64,000 nt of DNA from Octopus sinensis (Eukaryota), in contig NC_043013.1 of the NCBI RefSeq assembly GCF_006345805.1, positions 33,790,001 to 33,854,000 of the forward strand. The letters run 5' to 3'. Of the stretch, positions 26,010-38,965 are shown piece after piece (position 1 is the stretch's first letter; each line of letters starts with the position of its first letter). The position numbers were made by a program, and so were the translations under genes. The notes under the pieces were generated by a model. The model saw only the letters and a list, made by a program, of their open reading frames with translations. It ran no database searches and was not told the origin of the DNA.

Positions 26010-26382
26010 AGCTTGGAGGAGGTAGGGATGAGTCGATTACGTCGACCCCAGTGTTCAACTGGTACTTATTCTATCGACCCTGAAAGGATGCAAGGCAAAG
26101 TCGACCTCGGCGAAATTTGAACTCAGAACGTAGCGGCAGACGAAATACCTATTTCTTTACTACCCACAAGGGGCTAAATACAGAGGGAACAAACAAGGAC
26201 AGACAAACGGATTAAGTCGATTATATCGACCCCAGTGCGTAACTGGTACTTAATTTATCGACAATGAAAGTATGAAAGGCAAAGTCGACCTCGGCGGAAT
26301 TTGAACTCAGAACGTAACGACAGACAGAATACGGCTACGCATTTCGCCCGGCGTGCTAACGTTTCTGCCAGCTCGCCGCCTT
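26010..26382 (-). mobile_element. SINE family B, dimeric variant
   Basis: The core occurs twice, joined by the linker TTTCTTTACTACCCACAAGGGGCTAAATACAGAGGGAACAAACAAGGACAGACAAACGGATTAAG. Confidence 0.9.
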
Positions 26383-26465
26383 CATAATACTTAACATAGA
26401 AGCAATCATAATGGTTTCTTATTTAAGCACAATTTTGAAAAGTGGGGTTTGTTGACACTCTAAAT

Positions 26466-26721
26466 CAGGCCTGGCCAACTCGAATTACATTGTGGGCCAC
26501 TTTAATCACAGAAAGGTTTTGAGGGCCGCTTGTATACAAACAGAATTGAAAGCATTTTGCTTTCTTATACTATTATTCCAATAATGAATGAATGTTCGTT
26601 GATTCAACATGAAATATTATCGTTGCAAAAACGGTAGTATCATTCTTTTTTACTCTTCATTACAACTTTTAAGATGTCTGTTTAAATAAACCCATTTGAA
26701 GAAAGTATCAAGCGGGCCGCA
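26466..26721 (+). mobile_element. Probable hAT (Charlie-like) non-autonomous remnant
   Basis: Starts CAGGCCTGGCCAAC and carries subterminal GGGCCAC/GGGCCGC motifs at both ends (GCGGGCCGCA at 26712). The right TIR is missing. Confidence 0.45.
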
Positions 26722-27280
26722 AGATAAAAGTCTAGATGCTAGAACTTGTATTATATTTTATTGACTCCAAAAGGATGAAGGTCGCAGTTGACCTCAGAAA
26801 TATTTGAACTCAGTACATATGCAGCTGGAAAAATAGCACAAAGCCTTTTAACTCACGTACAAATAATCACCATTCTTAATCTTGTCAATTGTAATTGCTG
26901 GTAAGGGCATTAGAATAATAGCGTTGTTAAACGCCTGAAAATATGCTTCATAGTTTCGGCACTTTAACACTTTGAATTCAAAATCCGTTATGGTCAACCT
27001 TGCCTTTTATCCCTCTGGAATTGATAAAATCAAGTACCAGTCAAGTGCTGGGATTGATGGCATCGACTTACCTTTCCCCTTACAACTGTTGGTCATCGGC
27101 TTAAATTGGAAACAATTATGATGTTAGTTAATGCTATAATTAATCATAATCTAGTTAATGCCATTGCAATTATAATGCTGATTAATTCCATATTAATTGT
27201 AATTCTAGTTAATACCTTGATTAATAATTATCTGGTTAATACTGGTTTATTTGTAACACTTATCATTAAGACGGTGAGCG

Positions 27281-27920
27281 GGGAAAAAAGTTAACCTACC
27301 TGATAAAAATGATTAACGGTGTTCTGTCCGTTCTGAGTTCAAATTCCGGCGAGATCAACTTTTCCTTTTTATTGTTTTGAGTTCGGTGCAATAAACACCA
27401 GTTCAGTATGAGATCGATGAAATAAGTACCAATCAATTATATGGAAGCACTCCGTCGGTTCCGACGACGAGGGTTCCGGTTGATCCGATCAACGGAACAG
27501 CCTGCTCGTGAAATTAACGTGTAAGTGGCTGAGCAATCCACAGACACGTGTACCCTTAACGTAGTTCTCGGGGATATTCAGCGTGACACAGAGAGTGACA
27601 AGGCCGGCCCTTTGAAATACAGGCACAACAGAAACAGGAAGTAAGAGAGAGAGAGAGAGTTGTGGTGAAAGAGTACAGCAGGGACCACCACCACCATCCC
27701 CTGCCGGAGCCTCGTGGAGCTTTTAGGTGTTTTCGCTCAATAAACACTCACAATGCCCGGTCTGGGAATCGAAACTGCGATCCTACGACTGCGAGTCCGC
27801 CGCCCTAACCACTGGGCCATTGCGCCTCCACACAATCAATTATATCAACCACTGGGATCGATATAATCAAGTTATTCCACTCCAAAAATGCCAGGCATTG
27901 TGGCTATATTAGAAAGGGTT
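27281..27920 (+). mobile_element. SINE family B interrupted by a family D insertion
   Basis: B sequence runs to AAGTACCAATC (about 27432) and resumes at CAACCACTGGGATCGAT (about 27846). Confidence 0.8.
27443..27832 (-). mobile_element. SINE family D, full length with 13-bp TSD
   Basis: Homologous to 16344-16730. Direct repeat CAATCAATTATAT at 27430-27442 and 27833-27845. Confidence 0.92.
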
Positions 27921-27934
27921 ATCATACGAATCAT

Positions 27935-28105
27935 TAGCCCGTTGCTATGTTCTGAGTTCAAATCCCGCCGAGGTCGACTTTGCCTTTCATTCTTACGGGA
28001 TCAATAAATTAAGTATCAGTCAAGTACTTAATTTATTGACCCCGGGCCAATCGATTATTCCCCCTCCTCCAAAATTTCAGGCCTTGTGCCTATAGCAGAA
28101 AGGAT
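27935..28105 (+). mobile_element. SINE family B, 5'-truncated
   Basis: GTTCTGAGTTCAAATCCCGCCGAGGTCGACTTTGCC...GGCCTTGTGCCTATAGCAGAAAGG. Confidence 0.8.
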
Positions 28106-28572
28106 TATTATACTAATCATTAGATACTTTTCTGTTTGTGCTAACCTCAAAATATATTTCATTTAATCATCGTTAGTCGACGCCATTGAGGTTACTCAGA
28201 GTATCATGATGGTGTCGCTATGGTGTAACTAAAGAGCTCTAAAACATTGCTGTTTATTCCGTGGCACACTGGACTTCACGGGATAACCTGGTAGCGGAGG
28301 CATTTGCTCAAAGTGCGACCTCGAATCTTCGGACGAAGGAATAACGATGTCCCATTCACTGTTTGACTCAAAAAAGTGTCTTACGCCGTACAGAACTTTT
28401 ATTAAATATTTATAATGTATGTGTTTTCATTGTTGCTGTTATTTACCTCCAGATCAATTCCGATTCAGCCGCCAGTTTCCATAATCAATAGCTTCCTAGT
28501 CGTCTTTGGCAAAAGGAACATCAACATCATATAACATTATCATAGATCCACTATTTCTGAAACGACGAATTA

Positions 28573-30310
28573 CACTGAACAACAAAATTCAGGGTCAAGA
28601 AAATAACACAGTTCTCATGTATATATTTTTTCATGAAGCTGATTGTGCTAAATTCGAATTTTATAACAAAAATTCCACATCACGTCACATTTTCTTGTAA
28701 ATTACCGACTTAATAACTATGCAATTTATACCAGTTTCTACGATGTTTTGTTCCCAAAGTCAAATCAAATATATCCATTGTAATTAATTCATAAATATAT
28801 ACTGAATCGTCATGTTTGTTAGCATTATATAAAGTATTAAGCTACATTTTAGTATTTATTTCTTCGTTTATAAGACGTCTCTGGTGTGTCATGCTTCAGG
28901 TTCCAGCAGAAGTTAGCCAGCATAGCTGGGCTTCATTTTCCCTTATGCCTGTTTTCTATTGTCGCTATATCTTGATAGAACCTCTCTCCACATTCATTAC
29001 TCACATTTCCCGCATTCTCTGGAAAGAAGGACAGATGAGAATAAAGAAAGTGTATCTTCAGTGACATAGCGCATCCGAGATCTTTGTAGTACTTGATTAG
29101 GCTCTCCGCTATACTCTCTCGCTGGGCCACTTGGGGCTTTCCAAGAATTCCTTTGCATACATCTTTGAATGCATGCCAGGCTGCTAGTTCAGTTTCATCC
29201 ATTGTCGCCTCGAAGTCCTCCTGAGCTATAAGTTGACGAATCTGAGGGCCTGCGAATACGCTCTCTTTAATCTTTGCATCACTTATTTTAGGGGAGATCT
29301 CCTTGAAGTACTGGAAACATGGCTTGTTATGTTGCAGTGCTTTGGTAAATAGCTTCATTAGGCCTAGTTTTATATGAAGTAGTGGCAACATGATTTATTT
29401 TCTCCTTAACCAGTGGTTCATGATTTACATTGTAGCATCCAGGCCATTCTAGGCGTACATAATGTTCTGATCTGGCCCTACTGTCCCACTTGCAAAGGAA
29501 GCACTTAAACTTGATGTATCCAGTTTGTAGCTCATTAAGTAGGGCTACTACTTTCAAGTCCGCACAAATTAGCCACTTATGCTCCTTGTAATTTATGCGG
29601 TCTAGAATCAAAATGAGGTTCTCTCATATGTCTCCCTTATAATGACTGAGTGAGCAATTGGAACTGAAAGTATGGTGTCCCTAATGTGCAACAGAACCGT
29701 TTTTATGCTGTTAAATGATGTATCTATGAATAACCTCTACTCATTTGGTTAATAGGTCAGCTCAAGGGCATTGAATCCGTCTCTGATATCATTACAATAA
29801 AATCAAGTTGTTTTCCAAAGTGAAGAATTGCTGTAGATCTGCAGAACGCTTCCTAAATACTGTAATTCGAGCATTGTTATCCAACAGGTTCCATTGTTGC
29901 AGACGTGAGGCCAGGACTTCACTCTGTTGCTTAGTAAGTGTTAGATCACGAACTAGATCATTGAGCTCAAGTTGGGCGATGAGATGTAGTTTCTTGTCAG
30001 ATCTAAAACGGATTTGGACCCATATAACTATAAAAATATTGAGTGTACTTTTATAATTTTCATAGATTAGGTTGACAAATACGCTCGAAACACCCCATTA
30101 AAATTATATCACAATATATTCATAACTTTTATAGTTGTCAGTTTCGGCCCAGTCAGTGTATTTCTTCTTCCACCAATGTATTTAACGTAAGATGGTAATT
30201 TACGAGAAACTGGTGAGCCACAGATAGAAACAGATGTTATATTCGTGATCTACACAAAAAATGCCTCTAGAAAAGGTTATTCTCATTTCCATTTTTTTTT
30301 TTTCATTGTT
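28573..30310 (-). mobile_element. Decayed CMC-superfamily (Chapaev3-like) DNA transposon
   Basis: Terminus CACTGAACAACAAAA at 28573. Inverted subterminal block GTAATTTAC(A/G)AGAAA at about 28700 (minus) and about 30196 (plus). It encloses a transposase remnant. The right terminus is not clearly resolved. Confidence 0.7.
28925..30000 (-). pseudogene. Frameshifted DDE transposase (Chapaev3-like)
   Basis: Fragments in order: ELNDLVRDLTLTKQQSEVLASRLQQWNLL; RLFIDTS (D1); KWLICADLK (D2); KCFLCKWDSR (C2C); LLHIKLGLMK (LH); MSLKIHFLYSHL (H4H); ECGERFYQDI (E). This is the D..D-C2C-LH-H(3-4)H-E signature of CMC-type transposases. Confidence 0.85.
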
Positions 30311-30428
30311 TTCATCGTCTTGTTTCAAGGTAAAAATGCTACGATGTAGTCGTACCTTATTTTAATTTTTCAAGGCGAAAATGAGTGTCCTTTAAGATAG
30401 ATTTGGCTGTTTTTCAAGACGGTCCAAT

Positions 30429-30460
<32 letters not shown>

Positions 30461-30654
30461 GGAGGGAGAAAGTGAATGTGAGAGAAATATTCTTTAACAT
30501 GAAAATTCTATGTTAATATCTACTACAGATTATAGTCAGTTTAATTCACCGTAATTCACTATTGAAGACATTGAATATAGCAAAATTTCATTCTAATCTA
30601 ATAACAACTGGAATCATATAAACCATTTTACCCAAGAAACCAAGGTATCAGCCT

Positions 30655-30707
30655 ACGCATGTATCTATCTATCTATCTGTCTGTCTGTCTGTCTGTCTAT
30701 CTCTCTC

Positions 30708-30758
<51 letters not shown>

Positions 30759-30823
30759 GTCTGTCTGTCTATCTGATTGCCTGTCTATCTGTCTGGTTGT
30801 CTATCTAACTGTCTATCTGATTG

Positions 30824-30864
<41 letters not shown>

Positions 30865-30865
30865 A

Positions 30866-30906
<41 letters not shown>

Positions 30907-30912
30907 ATCTAC

Positions 30913-30979
<67 letters not shown>

Positions 30980-31085
30980 ACTGCCTAATTGTTTATCTAA
31001 CTGTCTGTCTTATTGTTTATCTATCTATCTATCTATCTATCAAACTGTCTGTCTGTCTGATTGTCTATCTATCTATCTATTGATA
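30655..31085. repeat. (TCTA)n/(TCTG)n compound microsatellite
   Basis: Seen directly in the sequence. Confidence 0.95.
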
Positions 31086-31706
31086 TGAGTATGTGTGTGT
31101 TTGTGTATTCGTGTGTGTTGTATCCTGGTACTTCAAAAAAAAAAGTTACAATCAGCGATGGAGTTGCCGTGGGCTCTCCCGTTAACCCGCTATTCAGAAA
31201 TTTTATATGAGTATGACCTGCAAATCACAAACCTTCCGTATACATTGACAAGCGAAACTTTCGGATCATACATAAGTAGTCTTTATAGAAACCCTCACAA
31301 CACTATAAGTGACGCCTTGTCATATTCGCTTCAAGCCTCGACACACAAAAACAGTTCATAGGGAATGCATTAAAACATTTCTGCTAATGCCATATAATAG
31401 CCAATCAGATGCAGGCTAGCGCAAACGTAAAGTAGAACATATACAACAAATATCATTTTATGGCTGGACATCCTAAAGATGAGGTCAGATGACCTTAAAA
31501 TATCAATAATATAGACTTTGGAAAATCCCATACGTAACCAATAACAACAAAATCTCTAAAGGAAATGTGATGAATTAAATAGAATAGAGGAAAAACGAAA
31601 ACGGAGCAAAATTGTTGAACGATACATTAACCAACACATGATCTATTAAGTATATATATATATATATGTATGTATGTATGTATGTATGAGAGAGAGAGTG
31701 TGTATA

Positions 31707-31796
<90 letters not shown>

Positions 31797-32559
31797 ACAA
31801 CGAATGTAAGTATGAGAGTGAGTATATACGTATGTATTCGAGTGTGTGATGAAAATATATATACACAAACTCATATACATGTTTAGACGCGCGTGTAAGT
31901 TTTTAGACACACGTGCATGTGCATGAGTCTATTTATATATAATATATATAGATGTATTTATTTATATACAGCTATGAATATGTGCATACATATACAAATA
32001 GGTGTATATAAAAATGTGATGTACACATATCTGTAGGCATTTATATATACGCTTGTATATATACATACATACATATATATATATGCATGCATGTATGTAT
32101 ACTCGTACACACTTGCGGCCCAAATTCACTCACACCCCATACGCATTACACATAGATGCATGTATGCACACTCCATTCCATGGAGAATACGAGAAAGAAT
32201 CTTTGATTTAAGATATTTTAGAAATTACTCTTTGACAGAAACACACAATGACAGCATTGGGTTCGGTCAGGGAGTAAGTTGGCGTGGTGAAGGGTTAGGG
32301 TTAGGGTTAAAGTGAGGGAGTGTTTACAGCGAAATGGCAGGGGTTAGGATCGTGTTTAACTGAGAGAGAGAGAGAGAGTGGGTTACAGAGAACAATATCG
32401 TAAAGAGAGAGGAAGATGCTGAAGGGAAACGATATATATATATATATATATATATAAAGAGAGGAGGGGTAAGAGTTAGATAGAGAGCGGATGATTGTCA
32501 GATACTGGTGAGATAAATAGGATGTAAGGTTGCGAAATTTAAAGAGAAAGTGAAAGGAA

Positions 32560-32900
32560 GACACAAAAGAGAGAAAGAAAGAAAGTGAAGAAGAAAAATA
32601 GAGGATGATCAAAAGAAAAAAGCGGAAGAAGAAAAGAGGAGGAAGAAGAAGAAAAGAAGACGAGAAGAGGAAAAGGAGGGAGAAAAAGTGGAAGAAGAAA
32701 CGAAAATGAAGACGAAGAAAACGAGAAGTCGAAGAAGAAACGATAAAAGAATAAGAATAATAAAGACGAAAACGAAGAAGAAAAAGAATCGAAAAGGAAG
32801 ACGAAGAAAACGAGAAGTCGAAGAAACGAAAAAGAATAAGAAAAGAAGAAATAGAAGACGAAGAAGAAAAAGAAGTGATAATAGTGAGGGAATGAAAGTG

Positions 32901-32936
<36 letters not shown>

Positions 32937-32940
32937 ATAT
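32560..32940. repeat. GAA/GA purine-rich low-complexity tract
   Basis: Seen directly in the sequence; it explains the Lys/Arg- and Phe/Ser-rich ORFs. Confidence 0.9.
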
Positions 32941-33199
32941 ACGACTGAGAGAGAGAAATAGAGTATGTGAAAATATGAGATTGGGAGAATAGATTGAAAA
33001 CCGGAATAAAAAAGAGAAAACCATCGTGGAATATAAGGAGAGAGAATTGAGCGGTTGTAAAAGCAATACTCTGTGGGGTCTGGTGGTGTTGAGATGTGGT
33101 GAGGTGTAGAAGTGGTGGTGTGTAGGTCTCTTATAAACATGGCGGTATAAAGAAACAGCAAAAAAAAAAAAAAAAAAAAGAAATACAATGTCGTAAGTG

Positions 33200-33735
33200 C
33201 GAAGCGGGATTGTGCGGTTTAGTTTGGTTTGATGTAGTATCCTGTATTGTGGCGTAGTGTGGCGTGGTGTGGCGTGGTGTGGTGTGGTGCTCTGGGATTT
33301 GGTGAAGGTGTTGTCGAGGTCAGGAGATGTTGTAGTGTATTGTATTGTACGATAGTGTATTGTATGATGTAGAGTGTTGTCGGGAAGCATAGTATAGGAT
33401 GCCGAGGCGTTGGGTGGAGGTATGTTGTAATGTGTGTAGTGAGGTTCAGTGTGCAAAGGAGGTGTGCAAGGCAAGGTACAAGGGGAGTTCAGGTGCCGGT
33501 GGAGTGCAGTGTAGTGCTTTGTAGTGTCTTATGGTGATATGTGTTATTACGTAGTCTAGTGTGCCATATACTATGCTATAGTAAAGAACGGCAAGATACT
33601 GTGTAATACGATGGAATATGTTCCGGCGGTGTTGTCCGGTGTGGTATGGTATATAGCACGGTGAGGTGGAGTAGAGTGTGAATGTGCTGTAGTATTGTAG
33701 TGTGGTGTTGTGTTGTATTGTGTGGTTTTGATAGG
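33200..33735. repeat. Degenerate pentamer satellite (GTGTG/GTAGT/GTATT/GTGGC)n
   Basis: 5-bp periodicity is visible, for example GTGTGGCGTGGTGTGGCGTGG and GTGTATTGTATTGTA. Confidence 0.75.
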
Positions 33736-34544
33736 ACAGCGACTAAATGGATAAGATGAAGATGGCAAAGTGGAAACGAACGGAGATGTGGTTATTGGGA
33801 TGGAGCGGAGACAGGCCAAACCACTTTCTTTCGTTCTGCCACCTTTGTCTACCTTACACATCACTGATAATGGACTAAACAGATACACATTGTGTTTAAA
33901 TATACGTTTTAATGCAACTCAGCAATAACAACAACATCAAGAGCAACTACAAAATCAATATTGAAAGAAGAAAGAGCAAATGTACACGTGAGTGTGTATG
34001 TTCGTTTCTGTATGTGTCTGTATTTTTGTGTGAGTACTACATGTATACGTTGATATGTGAGTGTGTGTACGTTTAAATTTCTCAGTATATAACTGTTAGG
34101 CTGTGTGTGTGTATGTAATTTTTAAATGAGGTAAGAGGAAGTTGAGAGGAAAGCAAGACAAAGAATAGCAACCCTCATCACTACGGACCCACCTCCCACC
34201 CATCCAAATTCGTAAGAACTATGTAGCGTTTGAAGTTCGGTATGAACATCTGTAGTTCAAGACCTACATGGAGAGAAACATTTACAGAGGGTGTGTATTC
34301 TGGACAGCTGCATCTCTGGACTAAGAATGATCAAGGAAGGAGTTGAATGCGAATGGGGAACCTGTGTGGAGAGAGTAACACTGACAAGATAAGAAAAAAA
34401 GCAAGAATATGCCATGGTGTTACAACTTAGCATCAAGTCTGACAGACTTATCACCGAAATATTCGAGCCGTGATTAGCTCGTTTCCTGAGCATATCTACG
34501 ACTATATAATTAATAGCTGGTTCTTTCGATTCATTTCTATTTGC

Positions 34545-35520
34545 TGAGTTAGAGTCTCGAGGATGGAGCAGTGCTCATGTCCCTTGCTAGCTCTCTGATT
34601 CCCGTAAGGTCGATGCTATTAATTCTGCGTTTAAGCTGTTGCAATTCAGCATGTGTAGAAAACAGATGAACAGGGAGGCGATTACAATAGACCAATGTTC
34701 CGGAGAGAAAAGAAACCGAGGTTAGTGCGGGGCTCAGAACTGGACGCAGCATGAGTGACGAAAGATTCAGCGGCAAATGGATTGTGATCCCTAATTGATG
34801 AAAGAGCAAGACCACACCACTCTGAGGAGCAGAGTTCATTATAGTAGCGGTAGAAAAGAATAGAGCATGGGGACAGCATGCCTGTGAGACAGGGGCTCGA
34901 GAATGTTAGATTGCCGGTCAGTTGAGTGGCCCTCTTCTGTACGCAGATATCTTTGTCGTACGTTGCAGCAGTAACATTGAAGATATAGGTGGGGGCGCAG
35001 TTATCTATTGTGAGGGTCTGTAGGGTCTTGTAGAATGCAAGCTGTTGTTGGAGTCTGAACTAGCTTCTGATTCTGAAGATCTGATCTTTCAGATGTGGTT
35101 GTAGCTATGCTAAATATATGCTTTCGCGAGAGTAGGATCTCGGTAATAGTGAGTCCCAGTGTTTTGAGTGATTGTGAGAACTCTAGCTGAGTACTGCACA
35201 TATTTAGAATGAGTGTAGTGTGGTGATGTGTAGAATATGTATTCTTAGTGTTAACAGAGACAAGGTTACCATAGATCCACTGGCATACTCTCCGCTCAGA
35301 GTATCAAGGCAGGTCTAGTGCGAGGCGAATAGGTTGCGAATAGATGCACGTTGAGGGAAAGTTAAGAAAGGCATTGCTAGACGAGAAGGTTATTGGGTAA
35401 ATGATATACAGAACGAAATGTGTGGGGGTTAAACTGAAACCTGGGTACGCAGGAATTGATTGAAAGTGAAGTATAATGAGTTCCGTTAACACATGCAACA
35501 ATGGTACTACTGATCGAACA
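34545..35520 (-). pseudogene. Decayed 3' part of a CR1-group non-LTR retrotransposon ORF2 (end of RT plus C-terminal region)
   Basis: Frameshifted peptides LGLTIT....KHIFSIA, VQKRATQL, LFYRYYNELCSSE and SFLSGTLVYCNRLPVHLFSTHAELQQLKRRINSIDL match typical CR1-group C-termini (LFYRY..G.CSSEL; SFF.RT..LWN.LP..VF....NLQ.FK..IN). The catalytic YADD is not intact. Confidence 0.75.
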
Positions 35521-35675
35521 TATGAAAGATGGAGACAATGGGCAGACGTTTTCATACAATCTTTTGGTCGAAAGATATTTTGATGAGTAGAGAAATGCTA
35601 TCGCTTTCGCTGAGATTCTCTAAAACGCGCTCTCAGTGTTGAGAGACATAAAAATGTATCTCTCTATTAGATCTG

Positions 35676-35831
35676 TCTTTACGTTCTGAGTTCAAATTCC
35701 ACCGATGTCAACTTTGCCTTTCATCTTTTCGGGATCGATAAATTAAGTACCGGTTGCGTACTGGGGTCGATTTAATCGACTACACCCCCCCACCAAAATT
35801 TCGGGCCCTAAGCCTAGAGTAGAAAAGAATA
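35676..35831 (+). mobile_element. SINE family B, 5'-truncated
   Basis: GTCTTTACGTTCTGAGTTCAAATTCC...GGGCCCTAAGCCTAGAGTAGAAAAGAAT. Confidence 0.85.
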
Positions 35832-35835
35832 TTTA

Positions 35836-36675
35836 TATGTGTGTGTGTGTATGTGTGTGTGAATGTATGCGAAAATATATAGAAATGTAAGGAAGCTCTT
35901 CATTTGTGCTAAAGGCGATCAGCAAAAAAAAAAAAAACAGCGAAAGGCCAAAAACAAATAAATAAATAAGTAAAATAAAATAAATAAAACAAATATAGAA
36001 TGCGTCTTCAGAATATGAAGTAAAATGGCCAATAATATGAAATCTGACAGAGAATTGTGCAATCAAAGTTATTTTCTAACTTGATTTCTTGTATAGAATT
36101 CTCGATAATATTATCATCTCCAAAATGATCCAGGAAAAATGAACGTGTGCGTCAGTATATCATGAGTATTTGATAATGTGTGTGTGTGTGTGTGTGTGTA
36201 TTTGTGTGAGAATCTATCTATCAATCTCTCTCTCTCTATATATATATGTGCATATATATATATATGTGTGTGTGTGTATGTGTGTGTGAATGTATGCGAA
36301 AATATATAGAAATGTAAGGAAGCTCTTCATTTGTGCTAAGGCGATCAGCAAAAAAAAAAAAAACAGCGAAAGGCCAAAAACAAATAAATAAATAAGTAAA
36401 ATAAAATAAATAAAACAAATATAGAATGCGTCTTCAGAATATGAAGTAAAATGGCCAATAATATGAAATCTGACAGAGAATTGTGCAATCAAAGTTATTT
36501 TCTAACTTGATTTCTTGTATAGAATTCTCGATAATATTATCATCTCCAAAATGATCCAGGAAAAATGAACGTGTGCGTCAGTATATCATGAGTATTTGAT
36601 AATGTGTGTGTGTGTGTGTGTGTATTTGTGTGAGAATCTATCTATCAATCTCTCTCTCTCTATATATATATGTGC

Positions 36676-36700
<25 letters not shown>
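35836..36700. repeat. Near-identical tandem duplication with a period of about 426 bp
   Basis: Duplicate ORF starts at 36066 and 36492. The copies differ essentially only in homopolymer or microsatellite length. Confidence 0.95.
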
Positions 36701-36731
<31 letters not shown>

Positions 36732-36773
36732 ATATATATGTAGATGTATGTATGTGTGAGTGTGTAAATGGAT

Positions 36774-37184
36774 AAAAGAATAACAAGTGAAAATAGGAAT
36801 ATTTCAAATATTAATTTCCTGCTACTGTTTCAGTAATTCTTACGGAACATTTTCATCACAACCGTATTTATATCATTGTATATTTATAATAGTTAAATAG
36901 CAAAATGTCCTTAACAATGTAATTCTTATGTCCTATGGTAATTTTTATAATGTTTTGTATGAAATATTGAAAGAATTGCTGGAATTTAGTATTTAAAATA
37001 TCAGAAACAACTATACTTATATGATTAGGGTGTAAGATTCACATTATTGAGAATATTTCGATTTATGTAATTATAATTATCTGATTATATAGTATTGTTA
37101 TCTTGAAGTTGCGTATATTGGCCTGAAACAGCTGTAGGAAATGGGTATTTGAAACATCATTGGTATTTTCTCCCCTTATTCTTT
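36774..37184. repeat. Old, diverged inverted repeat (about 120-bp arms)
   Basis: AAAGAATAA..G.GAAAATA..AAT..TTTCAAATA...ATTTCCT....CTGTTTCAG on the left matches the reverse complement of 37120-37184. Confidence 0.55.
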
Positions 37185-37421
37185 CAAATATATTTTGCCT
37201 CCTTCCTTTTTTATAGCTCAGTCGATGATATGTGCAATCGTGTATATAAAAGGATGTTTAGTATGTGAAATTTCGGTCTTTAAAGCGACGAGATTTATTG
37301 ACTTCTAATAATATTTGTTGTTATCTTTCCTGCTTTAGTACCACATCATAAGCTCCTGTAAGCACATACAAACACACACACACACACACACGTATGCATG
37401 TATGTATGAATATTTGTATGG

Positions 37422-37452
<31 letters not shown>

Positions 37453-38965
37453 CGAATGAATGAATGGGGGAAAAGCTCTTTTGTTTCTTTCTTTTAGGTG
37501 TATAATAAATATATGCTTTTGTATCATTTTTGGTCGAACTGCCGTCAAATTTTTAAAAAATTTATCTCATGCAGTTTGTTTGATATGATAAGGTTTCCAT
37601 ATCTGTCATAAACGCATCTATGCCATCACCCTCTCATCTATAAGATGAAGGAATACTTGGTCTGAAATTGGCTCTTTATAGTAAACAGAAGCAATACAAA
37701 TTTGTGAGACGTCACTGCCAGAATTTCATTTTTACTGTTATATTCGTACTTTATCATCAAGGGCGTATTTATGTTTGTCACTAGTACGTGTTTTCTCCGT
37801 TTTTATTTTAGATTTTTCAATATCATCTTTAATCGTCTATCGATCTGTGGAATCTGGTACAATAAAAATGTATATCCTCCAATCCTTCCTTATCTACCTT
37901 TATGCTGTATGATGTTCTGCATTGAACTTTGCTCCAAATTTCAGATCTATGGAATCAGCCATAATCAGCCAATATTTTCAAGTACGAATCCTGGTTTCTT
38001 TTCCTAAAATCTTATGCATAGATCGGAAGCTTCGTATATAATTTAGAAGAGTTTATTATTGAAATATCATTGTTTTGCATGTATATATCTTTTTTCATAT
38101 ATTAGGATATTATGCACATATATTTCTTTTATATATATGATGGTAATGTTTTATCAATTTTATTGTTATTGATGATTAACTCTCATGAGATTCAATTATA
38201 CATAATTACATGAAATTTATTTATTATATTGGTTCTTCTTTAGTCTAGACTTTTGTCACATCGGTTAAATATATCAATTTAGCAAGAACGCAATGTAAAT
38301 AGGCTTGTATTATTATAAGCAAGTATTTCAAACACTCTGGGATAATATATATATATTATGAACGACATCTTCGAACGTTCGAAACCAGCCATCACGAGGA
38401 AAGACATTAATAATTAGTACTATTATTAGAAAAAAAATAATAATGACACTGAATTAGATAAATAAATATATAATGCAAACAGAGAAATCTAAAAGTGACA
38501 AAAGCCATGTGTGAAAAGTTCAAAGAACATTACGATAGATTACCAGGTTAAAAGTTCAGCCAAAAAGGGAAAGAAAAGAGAAAAAAGAAAACCTCTCGAG
38601 GTTTCATAAAACTCACTAATGACTGTTTATAGACAATTGCCGTGGAATAGTGTCAATGGTTTTGTTTGTAGAAGTTCGAGGACATTTTAATCGTGAAAAG
38701 AAATAATCGAAAGTGAACGTTATAGTGTTTATGCGTTTTCAAATATCTAAAGTGAATGGCTAAAATGATTCTTCCATGATGTGATTGATTCGGTTTTAAT
38801 ATTGTTCCAAATCAAGTGTATTGTGTGTATGTGTGTGTGTGTGTTCCAATACACACAAACACGCATAGTCATGCATACATTTATACATATGTACGGATGC
38901 CCCGTGCATACATTATATAGAACGGATACCAGTGAGAACGTACGTTTAACATTATTTTATAGATT

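Noticed and set aside
32307-33474. Long ORFs of 293 and 311 aa
   Set aside because: They are made of GAA-rich and pentamer low-complexity sequence; the composition alone explains the lack of stops.
38370-38383. Palindrome TTCGAACGTTCGAA as a heat-shock element
   Set aside because: Only two correctly spaced nGAAn units; three are normally required.
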